Source of the DNA: Octopus vulgaris
Taxonomy: Eukaryota
Assembly: GCA_951406725.2 (NCBI GenBank)
Contig: OX597835.1
Span: 12,276,001 to 12,340,000, forward strand
Direction: 5' to 3'
DNA length: 64,000 nt
The first letter of the stretch is position 1; every line of letters starts with the position of its first letter. Position numbers and translations under genes: made by a program. The notes beneath the pieces are model-generated. The model saw only the letters and a list, made by a program, of their open reading frames with translations. It was not told the origin of the DNA and did not search any database. Below are positions 14,321-30,475 of this stretch, in pieces.

Positions 14321-14454
14321 CATTTACTATATTCAACACCAAAACAACAACGCCACTCTCTTTACCGTCTGTCTCCACAGTCACTACCTTAATATCCTCA
14401 TCATCATCATCCCGTCCATTGCTATCATTAACAACTTCTTCTCCTCCTACCCCT

Positions 14455-14700
14455 AATGCCATCTATTGTGTAGCAAATGTAGCGAATTTTAGATCGGAAG
14501 TACCATCAGACAAGTTTACAAACACCTTAAAGAACACCTCTATGCTAATGCTTCTTCCGTCACAAGACACCTATCAAAATGTCATATCCAAGACATCCGA
14601 GTTTCTGATACAGAAAGAAACATTGGAAGCTTGAGAGTAAAAGAAGCTATTCTAATTAACAAGTACAGCCCGTGAATTAACAACAGATCTGAATTGCACG
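14455..14700 (+). mobile_element. Penelope-like element GIY-YIG endonuclease remnant
   Basis: Manual translation NAIYC/CSKCSEF*IGSTIRQVYKHLKEHLYANASSVTRHLSKC...LRVKEAILINKYSP*INNRSEL fits the PLE pattern IY..CxxC..YIG.T.R...EH...H...EAxxI...PxxN; it has stops and a frameshift. Confidence 0.75.
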
Positions 14701-14736
14701 CAGCTGATTGGAAACTAGAGCGACGCACAACGACCC

Positions 14737-14808
<72 letters not shown>

Positions 14809-15001
14809 AACACACACACACACACACACACGCATTACGGAGCAGAGAAACCAGCTACCAACAAGTTTCCTCTGTAAATTTCCCGGAAAAAAGGGTTCCT
14901 AAGCCTGAAATATTCAACTACCAGGAAATAGCGCTAACCATCAACCTGTGTCATTAATTTCTTACACCTTGCATTGTTTTAGCTTATATAAAAATGTTTA
15001 A

Positions 15002-15089
<88 letters not shown>

Positions 15090-15282
15090 CCGTGTGTGTA
15101 TCGTTGGCGATTTTCTTTCTCCGTCTTCACTTCTTTGAACTTTTTCTATATTTCTGACGAAGAGCTCCGCTCGAAACATGAAATCCACTTTTTTTTTCTT
15201 TCCTTTCCTGAGCATCCAATAACACTGTACTTATTCCACGTCCTCGCGTTGTTGTTTTTTCTTGCTTGTTCATGTTTGGATT

Positions 15283-15323
<41 letters not shown>

Positions 15324-15437
15324 GGTCCCGGGTTGATTCGGGGTTAACCACAGAGAGGTACTCAATACATAGCAGAGTAAAATTAATTTATTATATAGAA
15401 GATAGACTAGTACACATTCAAGAGAAATCTTCAGAAA

Positions 15438-15480
15438 TCCTGAAGATTTCACTTGAATGAAACAGTACTAGTCCTGTAGA
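15438..15480 (+). ncRNA. Type I hammerhead motif inside a palindromic element
   Basis: TC-CTGAAGA-TTTCACTTGAAT-GAAACAG-TACTAGTC-CTGTA|GA; stem I is only 2 bp. Confidence 0.6.
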
Positions 15481-15488
15481 ACTCCTTC

Positions 15489-15519
<31 letters not shown>

Positions 15520-15606
15520 CGAGAGAGAGAGAGAGATAACACACACACACACACACAATATATATATATAGACACACATGTTATATATATATATATATAT
15601 ATACAT

Positions 15607-15649
<43 letters not shown>

Positions 15650-16214
15650 CACACAAACGTATATATCATAGAATACATCTATTCATAACACAGCATTACT
15701 TTATATTACTTTATATATTTATTTTTAACAATATCTCATTTCTGATTCCCAGAGACAAAAGCAAAAATAAAAAGGAAAACAGAAATAGAAAATAGAACTG
15801 ACAAAAGTATTAAGAGAATTCAGTAAAGAAAAGATAACAATTAATTAGATATTACATAAGACATTGTAGCATTGTTATTTGTCTGGTTTTATTTTCGCTA
15901 ATAGGATTTTTTCTCTCTTTAAAGTACATTTCGAATACGAACAAAAAACTCGCAGTTATCCTTTTATTTTTCGTTATTTACTGGGTTTATCGGTTTAAAT
16001 GTGAGGACGATTTAAGGGCCTTTGCGTGTTTTGTGTGCGCTTGCGCGTGCATGGTGTGTGTGTGTGTGTGTAAGAGAATGTGTGCGTGTATGTATGTGTG
16101 TGTATGTGCGTATTTGATTTCTCTCTCTTTGTTTCTGAATACGTGGGGGAAATATTACTATACATATTAGAGATTAAATTTCTAAAATAGGGATGAGTTA
16201 TACGAATACTTGTA

Positions 16215-16270
<56 letters not shown>

Positions 16271-16279
16271 ACATACAAA

Positions 16280-16324
<45 letters not shown>

Positions 16325-17206
16325 ATATATGCATACATATATACATATGTATATATACATATATACATATATATACATACATACATATATACATATATAT
16401 ATACATATATACATATATATATATACTTAAATATATATACATATATATATACATGCATATATATATATAAATATATATACATATATACATATGTATACAT
16501 ACATATATACATATATATACATACACATATATATGTATGTTTGTACTTATGTGTGTGTGTGTGCGTTTGTATATATATATATATATGTATACATATGATT
16601 ATATATATATACATGTATGCATATGTGTGTTTGCGCGTATGTGTATGTAAATATTCATTCTGGGCGTATTTGTGTTTGTGTATGTGTGACTACATGTGTG
16701 TATAGTTGTGTATGTATGTATGTATGTATGTATGTATGTATGTGTGTGTGTGTGTGTATGTGTGTATGTATGTATGTATGTATGTATGTATGTATGTATG
16801 TATGTATGTATGTATGTATGTATGTATGTATGTATGTATGTATGTATGTATGAATGAATAGTATGCGTTACATTGACACTTGATATAATCTGTAATAGAT
16901 ATTAATTCTTAGTCGTTACATAATCATATTTAATTCCTTCCCGGAATCTTAATCTTCTTAAAATGTCGCATCGTGATTTCTTTTCTTCTTCCTCTGATTC
17001 TCACACATGCGTACAAAGACTCTATCACACACGAACATACAGGAAACAGAATTACGAAAAGATAAACAGACACACATACATTCTTCTTACACACATATAT
17101 ATACACGCATATATTGTTCTACCCTTTCTTTCTGCCAAATATACACCACATGGAATCGTGTATATATATATTTGTGTGTGTGTGCATATATGTATGTATA
17201 TATTTG

Positions 17207-17259
<53 letters not shown>

Positions 17260-17663
17260 AAAAAATGAAGTTCGAAAATGCTGCTATATTATACAATTTT
17301 TAATTTTTATATATACATTATAACATCTTTCAGTTCCTGAAATGAACCTTATCAAAAAAAGGTTATATATAAAAAAAGACAGCTCATGCCGTCAAACACA
17401 AGAAATTCATTTATAATACACAACGGAGTCAGACATCTTAGAGTTCATGTATAGTTGATATATAGTTTGAAGTAAGTTCATTCATGCTATATGTTCAAAG
17501 TGTTCGATGCAGTGGCCCACGGTGGCGATACGTATTCAATACAAAAAACAGATCAAAGTGGTGGAAAGCAGTCAATACAGAAGATTGATGTTTCCGAAAG
17601 AGCGAGGAATTCATTTTTACCTTAAGCAATTGTGATGACCCATGGTGGGTGTTCGCTGGGTGG

Positions 17664-17711
<48 letters not shown>

Positions 17712-17758
17712 TTATATACATATATACATACATATTCATATATATATGTACATGTATA

Positions 17759-17798
<40 letters not shown>

Positions 17799-17913
17799 TA
17801 CACTTGTATAAAGATGCACATATATACACAAACATATATGTGCTAAATACCTACAGATACATACATACACACACAGATACATGTATTGCTAGATAGTTAG
17901 ATAGATAGATATG

Positions 17914-18022
<109 letters not shown>

Positions 18023-18492
18023 TTCGTCTGCCTTTATCGTTGTCGATAAATCAAGTACCAGTTGCGTACTGGAGTCGATCTAATCGACTGGACCCCCTAC
18101 CCAAAAATTTCGGGACTTTTGCCTAGAGTAGAAAAGAATATTTTTATCATCGTTTGTCTTAATAGATAAACCTCTAAATATTATTTGATGTTTTCATTTG
18201 TAAAGTCCAATTTTTTGTTCAATTTTTGTATGCATTAAAATAAACACGTTTAAAGATACAAAAAATTGTATTTACTTTACTCTATTCATTATACATATTA
18301 TAAAACATATCGATGTTGGAATACCTGAATTATTTAAAACGAAGATACGCTTACTGTTATCTTTAAACGGCCTTAACTGTAGAGGAGATGGTGTAAAAAC
18401 AAGTTATTGTTCTTTAAAGGATGCAAGAAATAATTGGGAAGCTTCTTACACAAATATTCTTCGACTACTCGGTGAATAATGTATCACAGGCA

Positions 18493-18612
<120 letters not shown>

Positions 18613-18829
18613 AGGCGCAATGGCCCAGTGGTTAGGGCAGCGGATTTGCGGTCGGAGGATCGCGGTTTCGATTCCCAGACAGGGCGTTGTGTGTGTTTAT
18701 TGAGCGAAAACACCTAAAAGCTCCACGAGGCTCCGGCAGGGGATGGTGGTGATCCCTGCTGTACTCTTTCACCACTCTAAAAGGCGGTGCTCCAGCATGG
18801 CCGCAGTCAAATGACTGAAACAAGTACAA

Positions 18830-18860
<31 letters not shown>

Positions 18861-18969
18861 TAGTTAATCCAAACAAGAAAACACAGAAAAAAAAAGAAAA
18901 AAACACAGCAACGCGAGGACGTGGAACAATTAAAGTATTATTTGACGCTCAGGAAAGAAGGGAAGAAGG

Positions 18970-19004
18970 GTTTAACGTTTCGAGCGGAGCTCTTCGTCGG
19001 AAAC
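18970..19004 (-). ncRNA. Minimal hammerhead-like motif, U4C variant (identical copy at 33785-33819 on -; relative with a damaged triplet at 15150-15184 on +)
   Basis: Reverse complement GTTT-CCGACGA-A-GAGC-TCC-GCTC-GAAAC-GTT|AAAC. Confidence 0.55.
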
Positions 19005-19069
19005 AAGGAGAAGGAAAGATCCCGAGAAGGGAAGACAGAGGAAAAAAATATTTTTGCTGGTGGTGCTCA

Positions 19070-19102
<33 letters not shown>

Positions 19103-20376
19103 TCTATACTTACATACATATCTATATACAATACATAAATATACATAAATTTGAACAGTGAGAATGAATGCTCAACGCCGTATTGGTTTTTTGTGTGATA
19201 AAGGCTGCCATTAGTTTCATTTTAGGAAAATATCTTATCATTCTTCAAGCCGATCACATAGAGAAATTAGTATTCGTTTCCAAAATGGAGACGAACACCA
19301 GTTCTCTATGCCATCAGCTTGAAGAATTGTTAAAATAATATAGCATAATAACTCCGTCTGATCAACAGCAGGAATATCGATTGAGCCTCAAACACCGTTT
19401 CATTACCTAGGAATTGAACACGAAATCACTGTGTTCAGGCGTGAAAGTAATTCTAAAATCCAAACTGGATCTGTCAGGAATTGATGAGGTCAGCAAACAA
19501 CTAACCGTTCCGGTTGTTGATAAACGAATTAAGCACTTGTTTTTATCAGTAGCTGGACTGGCCGTCGAAGTTGTTATAAACAACCTAGCCATTTTGGGAT
19601 ACGCAACACATTGGAATGTCATTAATGATTTTGTCTTTGGCGCTTTTCAGTGAACGTTGTTTGTGTATAGATGGTCTTTCTGGTACCTGACGAGTCACCA
19701 TAACACAGCTAAGTGCATTTGCTGCAGGTACTGCACCTACAGAGACTACGGAATGCAGCGACTACTATAATCTACTCTCGTAATACACTCATCTTCCACA
19801 AACACACACAAACTGACTCACTGGGAGTAAATATATTTCTTTCTGTCATCGTCGCATCGACATCGTATGTTTTTAAGCGATTAATAATTATTTGGACCTC
19901 ACACAAATTGCTTTTCTTCTGCCAACCAACCAACCTCATATTTTATCATTACAGGTCCTTTTTCAGTGTCGAATACTAAACAAAATCTTGATTCTAATAG
20001 CAATATCCTACGATTAGATAAATTTTCTGTACTGAGAGAAGCAGAAGCATGCTTTATTTGAATGTTTCGTTGGCTGTACTATTGGGTTTAGTCTCCGTTA
20101 TGTGTGCATAGCCTGAATGAAGAGCAAATAATTGACCCAGCAGCTATTTGTTAAATCCATTAACGACGGAAGCAAAGCAGGTTCACGCTATTCAATTGGT
20201 AATAATTCATGTATTCATATTACGCGATGACTTCTTTTTCCTTTTTTCATGAAACTCAAAATAACCCATTCCTTCATGCACTGATTTAAAGTCAAGTCAC
20301 AGTAAATATCTTCGGCGATAAAGAGTGCTTTTATAGGGATTTATTATGTGTAGATGTGTGTGTGTGCATATATATA

Positions 20377-20407
<31 letters not shown>

Positions 20408-20693
20408 GTATATGTGTATGTATGTATGTATGTATATATATGTGTATATATATATATCTGTATGTGTATATGTATGTATGTATTATATATGTATAAAGAT
20501 ATATATATATATATACATATATATATACATATATATATGTACATGTATTTATATAATATATTATATACATACAAGTATATGCAAATGTATAGATGTATAT
20601 ATATATATACGCATATATATAAATATATATACGTATATAAATATATGTATATACATGAATGTATATATATATATATATATATATTTATATAAA

Positions 20694-20739
<46 letters not shown>

Positions 20740-20812
20740 GTATATAAAAATTAATGTATGGTAATTGGATAAGTCGGAATCAACAAGGAGTGCATGCATT
20801 CCTTAAGAATAA

Positions 20813-20867
<55 letters not shown>

Positions 20868-21834
20868 GTATGCATGTATATACACGTGCAGCAGGTAAGC
20901 ACGCGTGTCATGCCTTTCTTTCTACTTTATAATTTGTCCATCGTAAATCAAGAACACAAAAGACAAAGCAAAGAAAAATAATAAAAGGAAAAAAAAAAAA
21001 GAATAAAATGCGCAAAGTTTATACTATCTGACATTGCAATCTATTTGGTCATTTGTTTACGAAAATATTTACTTTATTAACATATTAGACGGTGTCCCTG
21101 TTATTTATTTAAATGCTCTGAAAGATTAAGTTGGCTAATGGGACGTTATTATGGTGTGACAATGGAAGAAGAAGGATTCATACGAAATTTCTGTTCCTTT
21201 TTTCCTGTACTTTATTTATTGGACCATTTTTCTTTTTCTTTTCTGCAAAAACTCTGACGAGTAATTCTTCATTGTCTGTACTCATTTCCTTACGTGCTTT
21301 GATGTATTCCATTAATTCTTCCATTTCCTAGTTTACCAATATTTCTTTCCCACTCACATTTCTCTCCACCTCCCCCCCTGTTTTCTTTTCCTTTTTTCTT
21401 TTTCTTTTCTTATATATCATTCCTTACTGATTACATAGATCTAATATATTTTACATGCATTACGTTAATTACGTTATTTGTCTTATCCTTGGGAACAAGA
21501 ACATTTGTTTCGTGATAATAATTCTTCGTGCACTCTGTAACCTCTACAAGTTTCTTCCTTCGCCTTCCACCATTCATCAATGTACGTCGAAGAAGTTCAC
21601 TCTTGAATGATTATAAATACGTTACATTCTACCATAGACTGGTCTCATATATATACAGATATATAGGCGCAGACATAGCTGTGAGGTTAAAAAATGTTCT
21701 TCTCTGTCTCATGGTTGCAGGTTCAATCACAAATCTCAGCATATTGGACAAGAGTCTTTTATAGTAGGTTCGAGTTAACCGCACGTTGTAGTAAAACTTC
21801 TAAGCTCGAAAAGGGGCAGAGGCCTGTGTCCATC

Positions 21835-21886
<52 letters not shown>

Positions 21887-21967
21887 ATGTATGTGTGTGT
21901 GTGTGTATGTGTGTGTATGTATGTATGTATGTATGTATGTATGCATGTATGAATGAATGTATGTATG

Positions 21968-22012
<45 letters not shown>

Positions 22013-22395
22013 CAAAAGAGTGAAAAAACTACAGAAGGCTTGTGTTATATGGTTAAAGAATATATTTAAATCGTTATGTTAGAAAAATGTTAGAAAATTT
22101 TGCGTATAGTAACATTGTTTTGGGAAAAATAACCGGTTTCGTATTTTCTTTTCAAATTTCTCAAATTTCTTTACCTACATTGTGAAATATGGGGTTCCAG
22201 ACTGGGTAAGGTAATATAAATATAAATATATATAGAAATGGGAGCTGAAAATATAACTCAAATAACCAGACAAAATCACCAACGTCATGAGATGTTCAAA
22301 GGGACTGTCAATGCCAAGCCACAACATCTATCTCCAACGAGATAAAACTCACAGAATGGAGTAGTTTGATAAAACCATATCTCGTGATTTCGAAA

Positions 22396-23132
22396 TTTAA
22401 CCAATATATATTTCTTTACTACCCACAAGGGGCTAAACATAGAGGGGACAAACAAGGACAGACAAACGGATTAAGTCGATTACATCGATCCCAGTGCGTA
22501 ACTGGTACTTAATTTATTGAGCCCGAAAGGATGAAAGGCAAAGTCGACCTCGGCGGAATTTGAACTCAGAACGTAACGGCAGACGAAATACGGCTACGCA
22601 TTTCGCCCGGCGTGCTAACGTTTCTGCCAGCTCGCCGCCTTTTAACCAATATATATTTCTTTACTACCCACAAGGGGCTAAACACAGAGGGGACAAACAA
22701 GGACAGACAAAGGGATTAAGTCGATTACATCGACCCCAGTGCGTAACTGGTACTTATTTAATCGACCCCGAAAGGATGAAAAGCAAAGTCGACCTCGGCG
22801 GAATTTGAACTCAGAACGTAACGGCAGACGAAATACGGCTACGCATTTCGCCCGGCGTGCTAACGTTTCTGCCAGCTCGCCGCCTTTTAACCAATATATA
22901 TTTCTTTACTACCCACAAGGGACTAAACACAGAGGGGACAGACAAAGGGATTAAGTCGATTACATCGACCCCAGTGCGTAACTGGTACTTAATTTATCGA
23001 CCCCGAAAGGATGAAAGGCAAAGTCGACCTCGGCGGAATTTGAACTCACAACGTAACACAGACGAAATACGGCTACGCATTTCGCCCGGCGTGCTAACGT
23101 TTCTGCCAGCTCGCCGCCTTTTAACCAATATA
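22396..23132 (-). repeat. Head-to-tail trimer of SINE B
   Basis: Three ~240-bp units separated and flanked by four copies of TTTAACCAATATA. Confidence 0.9.
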
Positions 23133-23778
23133 GTTTCGTTTCTCCTCGAGAGAATGTACAATTTACTCCAGGTTAAAGAGATAGGTTGCTTCCGATTTGC
23201 ACATATGAGAAAAATACCGTTGTGTGTAAATATATGCATTTAATATTCAAGGATAAAATCTTTATAAGATTTTAATAAGTAGCAATCATGTAATAAACCA
23301 TATAGGTAATAATTAATACGAGTATATATAATTATAGAAATATAATTATAATGATAAGGGCACTAATGAATAGCGCCACACGCTAGAAATAGACGCCAAA
23401 TGGCTCTGAGAACTACAGTTGTTTGCTCCATTAGCACAGATTGAAAACGAGGACAGTGAATAAATCAAATTTCTTAAAAGAGGTTTAAGTAAAGATCGAT
23501 TTCTGGTTTAGACATTTAAAATCTCTTATTTTTATCAGTATAGTTTGACCAATTGTACATAATTATAAACATTTATACATGCCAATACGAATATCGCGCA
23601 TCCATAATCATATATACAAATGTTCACATTTATATACGAGCTACATCTAATTTATCCACCTCAACACTTGCATATACGACCGAAAATAATACCGCAGTGA
23701 ATATTCTGGTCGGAGCAATTTATATTTATTAATTTAATAGTCAAGGATAAAATCTTTATAAGATTTTATATATACTCG

Positions 23779-23847
<69 letters not shown>

Positions 23848-23852
23848 GCAAG

Positions 23853-23883
<31 letters not shown>

Positions 23884-23901
23884 ACAGACAGACAGACAGA
23901 C

Positions 23902-23946
<45 letters not shown>

Positions 23947-23955
23947 TACAGACAA

Positions 23956-24004
<49 letters not shown>

Positions 24005-24006
24005 TC

Positions 24007-24070
<64 letters not shown>

Positions 24071-24081
24071 TACAGACAAGA

Positions 24082-24220
<139 letters not shown>

Positions 24221-24804
24221 AGAGAGAGAGATCAGGTGATTATTTAACATGATGTGAATTATGTGTGTTCAAAGTCGATTACATAAAACGAATTTATTTG
24301 AACAATACCTGAACTTCTATGTTAGAACAGATAACGTTTGCTAGATCCTATTTTCGTATTGATTAATTGCTAAAATCTATGTGGCTTATTTAAAACTTAA
24401 TTGCAAAAGATGATTTCTCCAACCGTTTCTAATCTTTGGTTTAACATTAATTGATATTTGATTAGTCAAAATTAAATTAGATTGATTACGAAACTAATCA
24501 AGTGATTAAGATTAGTTTGGAAAGTTCTAATTTTATTTCAGACACGAGTATTGGTTCAAGTTATTTAACTACACATACAAACGTGATTTGGTAATGAGTC
24601 ATTCATTAGTCGTTGTTGAGTTGGTCTCCATTGCTTGGTTTTCAATTATTTCTTTATATTCAAATAACAAGAAAGTTTTGATTGTTTCCTCTCTACCCAT
24701 CAGTGTATTCGAAGACGTGGTTTTCGGTGAAGCACCATTGCTACTAACTGATACGCACATCGGGAGTTGCAGAGATTCTGACTCTGCAACTCCACTTGTA
24801 TATT

Positions 24805-24866
<62 letters not shown>

Positions 24867-25026
24867 TATCGCCATCGTGGTCGTTATCACCACTATCGCG
24901 ATCATCATCATCATCATCATCAACAACAACAACACCACCACCTCTCCCACACTGTACAAAAGTATCGAGCAGCTCACCAAATTAATGACATTTTTTTTAT
25001 GACTGAACTTAAAAACAAATATTAAC

Positions 25027-25057
<31 letters not shown>

Positions 25058-25353
25058 AAATAAGAAAATGGAGAAATACATCCAAATCAAATATCAACTA
25101 CCAGATAATACCCATTTGATTTGGATGTATTTCTCGATTTCCTTATTTTGTATTATGAATTTGTGGTAAAACGTTTTACCTTTGCCCATATAATACAGTA
25201 AATGAATTAATTGCATTGCAATTCTTAACATTTATGTATTAACTTTGTTGGGTACTTCACTAGCAGTATATTGGATATATGTTATCCCATGGAGGGTTGC
25301 ATTTACAACCCCTAACTCAATTTATATAAATATATATATATATATATATATAG

Positions 25354-25395
<42 letters not shown>

Positions 25396-25685
25396 AAGGC
25401 GAAGTTAATCTCGACAGGAAATGAACTCAGATCATAAAGAACCGTAGGAAGAAATGCCGCAAAGACTTTCGTTCGGCGCTCAAACGATTCTGCTAAACCA
25501 CCGCTCTCGTCCAATCAAAGCGGGAGAGGACTAGTCGATTACATCGACTCCAGTGTTTCACTGGTACTTAATTTATCGACCGCAAAAGGATTAAGGGCAA
25601 AGTCGACCTCGGCGAAATTTGAAATCAAAGCTTAAAGATGGACGAAATGCCGGCATGCTAATGATTCTGCCAGCTCGCTGCCTGA

Positions 25686-25740
<55 letters not shown>

Positions 25741-27019
25741 TCTACTATAGGCACAAAGACCTGAAATTTGGAAGTGGGTATAATCGATTACATCTACCCC
25801 AGTGCGTAACTGGTACTTAATTTATCGACCCCGAAATGATGAAAGGCAAAGTCGACTTCGGCGGAATTTGAACTCAGAACGTAGCGTTAGACGGAATATC
25901 GATAAGCATTTTGCCCGGCGTGCTAACGTTTCTGCCAGCTCGCCGGCTGTACCTTATTTCCCCTTGGCATGCCCACATTATTGTACTCTGCTGTATTTCA
26001 TTTGTATTCTTGTCTTTGCTCTCATTCTTATTCTTATTCTACTCTATTTAAAAGTATAAGCACAACTTATCTATTCAGAACGTAGCGACGAGCGCAATAC
26101 CTATTTCTTTACTACCCACTAGGGGCTAAACACAGAAGGGACAAACAAGGACAGACACACGAATTAAGTCGATTATATCGACCCTACTGCGTAACTGGTA
26201 CTTAATTTATCGACCCCGATAGGATGAAAGGCAAAGTCGAGCTCGGCGGAATTTGAACTCAGAACGTAACGACAGACGAAATACGGCTACGCATTTCGCC
26301 CGGCATGCTAACTATTCTGCCAGCTCGCCGTCCAGCGTGCTAACAATTCTGTCGGGTGAAATGAAGTGCTTTGCTCAAGAACACAACGCATCGCCCGGTC
26401 CAGGAATCGAAACCACAACCTTACGATCATGAGTTCAACACCCTAACCACTAAGCCACGCGCCTCCACAATAATAATAATAATAGTATTAATTAAATAAT
26501 AGCAGCCCATGAGCGAGCTCATTGATTGAAAAGCTGAATGTCAGTTACAGGTTATCGACAACGCAGGATCAGTTAACAAAGAGAAACGTTTGTAGTTCAT
26601 AGATTCCAGTTCAAGGGAAGCCACGCCATCCACTGTTCAGATTAAATCTTTAGGAAGATAGATTTTTTTTTTTTGCCGGACGCAGATCGAGACATGTTCA
26701 TACAAGATTTTTTCGCCGCCATTGTTAAGTATTTCTCATCAGAAATGAGCAGGTTGCCATTAGCAAACCATATTGTACTTTGATTAACTTCTGTAATATT
26801 GATTTTCTTACATTTATACAGTCTTTCATTCTTCCACTGGTTTCAGTCATTGCGTTTATGGGCCATGCTGGAGCACTGCGCTCAATTATGTTTAGTCGAT
26901 CTGCTCGGCATCCGATACACACTGCTGCGACTTCGGTAACGCGAAGCTGACGTAAGTGTGTGCAGCGAAGCCTACGATACATTTTCTCCGAGCTTCGAGG
27001 CTTTCTTCCATGTATTGCT

Positions 27020-27095
<76 letters not shown>

Positions 27096-27134
27096 GAGAT
27101 AGAGAGAGAGAGAGATAGAGAGATAGAGAGAGAG

Positions 27135-27249
<115 letters not shown>

Positions 27250-28275
27250 TGTTTCTTTATTGGCCACACAGGGTTGAACAAAGAGGGGACAAAATACAAA
27301 GTAGACCTTTTCTTTTTGGGAAGAGAAGGAAAAGAAAATGGAAAGTGGGGTAGAAATTCGAAAAGGGATCGTTAAAAAAAGGCCGATCAATAGGGATCGT
27401 GTATGACAGAAATGTCATAGTGTAAAAAGGGGAAACAGATTAGGTTTATCCGTGGAAAGAAAAGCCTACAGAAAAGACCACGGTAACCTCGGGCAATAAT
27501 GTCATGCAAAAAACGCATTACAGCGACTCTCTTTTTTCCTTTCTTTTTTTTTTGGTTCATAGGATTATGCACAGTGGGGCTTCATCAATCACACGTGCCA
27601 TCCTTGCTATATTCACCCATCTTTTTTATTTTAACATTCGCTAGACAAAATTTGCCTCTCTACACTCACCTTCCTCTTCAAGTGATACTAGAAGAAGTTG
27701 ATGAGAGATTCACCAGAGAGGTAAGTGTTTGTCTATAGACCTTTCACCATGCACATTCTTTCGCCATAGCCACAAGTACGATGGAAATGCCTCTTCCTTC
27801 CCGTTTCAAGTAAGGAGGCGCGACAATATTCACGATAGACTCGGTTGATAAACTGACTCGTCCCACACGCGATAGCAGTCGTTCTACATAGGCCCACAGG
27901 TCGGAAATGGTTGGATGCTGTACGAGTGCGTGCAGAACGGTTTCGTCGTTCTGGCCGCATCTCGGAGAGGTCGGCCCCGTATTTCTCGAGTCATGCCTGT
28001 AGAGCATATCCCGAACGGGTAACATTTCTCGATAGCACTGCCAGACCAGGGAGCACTGGAAGTTGTCCATAGGTCCTGGCCCGAAAGTCGTCTTGAACAG
28101 GCGGGTCAGGTATTCCTCGTCGACGCCCAAGTTCGCCCCGAACTCGTCGTCGTACCTCCCCTCCACTAATCCCCTATAGAACGCTTTAGTTGTGTTGAAG
28201 TCGCTCAAGGTCGACCTGGGACGGCATAGTTGCTTGAGAGCAACGCGACACTCGCGGTGCCATTCACCCTTCCTT
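27250..28275 (-). mobile_element. Second, more diverged copy of the same Tx1-like LINE
   Basis: ORF 27744-28412 is homologous to the copy at 2600-3479; the 3' end abuts (GATA)n. Confidence 0.85.
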
Positions 28276-29303
28276 GACGTCGTGGGAGATGCCTTGCAGT
28301 ATTTCTTCCAGTTTTTCGCCTTCTGAGAAAAACCACCTGTGGTGAAACTGGTGCCGACATATATCTCGCACGCAAGTGAGTGTCTTTTCTCTTGAAGAAT
28401 CATCGTTAGCATAGAGAGAGAGAAGAGACTATCGTCAACGGCTAATCTTTCAGAAAGAAAATGTGTTCAGGCCTGTATACGCAAGTGCGGAAGCGTGGTC
28501 ACCAATGATCGTGGAAGGCCCTGAAGTACAAACCAGAGCCTAACCGTTGGAACATACTCTAGAAGGATTGTTGTGTAATAAAGTTGCGTGTGTGTGTGTA
28601 TGAGCATGTGTCTGTGTGTCTGTGTATATGTATGTGTGTTTGTATATGTATGTATATTTGTATGTGGGGTGTGTATTTGTGTGTGTATTTGTCTCTGTGT
28701 GGGTTTGTCAGTGTACGCGAGTTTATGTGTGTCTTTTGTCTGTGTGTTTCTCTGTGGTTTGTCTTTGCGTACATGTGTTTGTGAGCGTGTGTGTGTGTGT
28801 GTATTTGTGTGTGAGTGCGTTTGTGTGCGTTTGTGTGTGTTTTGGAAATCTATGATCTCGTCATTAAGGCTTCACCGTATCATAACTAATTTCCAAAAAC
28901 AACCGAATACCTGTAGATGAAGAATTAATTGAGTTATAGATTATCTGGTGCACAAGTTCCATGAACTAAAGATCAATAAATTACGAATTATTTTCGTATC
29001 CTGAACTTTTCGGTCGTAGAAAATAAATCAGATATGGTAAACAAGTCCTTCGAACTGATTTAGAACATTAGCTACCGTGGTTGTTGTTCATCTTCTTTAA
29101 CCAATATAGAAACTTTATATTTAAAATGAACATAATAGGCGTAAGAGTGGCTGTGTGGTAAGTAGCTTGCTTACAAACCACATGGTTCCGGGTTCAGTCC
29201 CACAGTGTGGCACCTTGGGCAAGTGTCTTCTACTATAGCCTCCGGCCGACCAAAGCCTTGTGAGTGGATTTGGTAGATGAAACTGAAAGAAGCCCATTGT
29301 GTG

Positions 29304-29335
<32 letters not shown>

Positions 29336-29850
29336 TGTATGTATGTATGTATGTATGTATGTGTGTATGTGTTTGTGTGTCTGTGTTTGTCCCCCAACAT
29401 CGCTTGACAACCGATGCTGGTGTGTTTACGACCCCGTAACTTAGCAGTTAAAGAAAATAGACTGATAGAATAAGTACTAGGCTTACAAAGAATAAGTCCT
29501 GGAGTCGATTTGCTCGACTAAAGACGGTGCTCCAGCATGGCCACAGTCAAATGACTGAAACAATTAAAAGAGTAAGAGAGTATAAGCTGAAAGACTACCA
29601 TCCAATCTCATCGATGTCCTGTTGGTTCGATCAGCTACCATTTTTAGTAAATCAACATAAAGGGCGCATCACTTAGTGGTTACGGAGTTTCACTCACGAT
29701 CGCTAGATCATGGTTTCAATTCCTAGACCGGGTGGTGCGTTCAGTTCTTAAGTAAAATATTTCATCTCACGTTGTTCTGAGACCACTTTGACATCTGACG
29801 CGTGGCACACTGTGCACCTGTTGAGGCAACGTCGAGATATATATATATAT

Positions 29851-29901
<51 letters not shown>

Positions 29902-29934
29902 GTATGTATATATATATATATATTTATATATATG

Positions 29935-30032
<98 letters not shown>

Positions 30033-30130
30033 AATATATATATGTGTGTGTGTGTGTATGTATATATATATATATATGTGTGTGTGTATGTGTGTATATA
30101 TATATATGTATGTATATATATATATGTATA

Positions 30131-30201
<71 letters not shown>

Positions 30202-30262
30202 GTATAAATATACGTGGTACATGTAAAGTATTAGCAGACGCTCAGGTAAGGGATGAAAGGTG

Positions 30263-30297
30263 GTTTAACGTTTCGAGCAAAGCTCTTCTTCAGAAAC
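30263..30297 (-). ncRNA. Minimal type I hammerhead motif, canonical core
   Basis: Reverse complement GTTT-CTGAAGA-A-GAGC-TTT-GCTC-GAAAC-GTT|AAAC; stem III is reduced to the palindrome AACGTT. Confidence 0.7.
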
Positions 30298-30433
30298 AGA
30301 GGGAAGTCCAATAGAAAAGTAAGACGGGGGCAAAATCGCCAACGATTCACATGTGGTTACATTTTGAATGTGTGTGTGGGGGGAGTGTATGCGTGTATGT
30401 ATATGTATGTGTGTGTATATATGTATGTGTGTG

Positions 30434-30475
<42 letters not shown>

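Noticed and set aside
19687-19760. CTGACGA as a hammerhead core
   Set aside because: No GAAA or closing stems downstream. The same applies to CTGATGA at about 45713.
19200-20330. Repeat-poor stretch with short ORFs on both strands
   Set aside because: No convincing splice pairs or recognisable motifs; possibly a decayed transposon, left uncalled.
22396-23132. CRISPR-like repeat-spacer array
   Set aside because: The 'spacers' are near-identical SINE copies in a eukaryotic context, with no cas genes.
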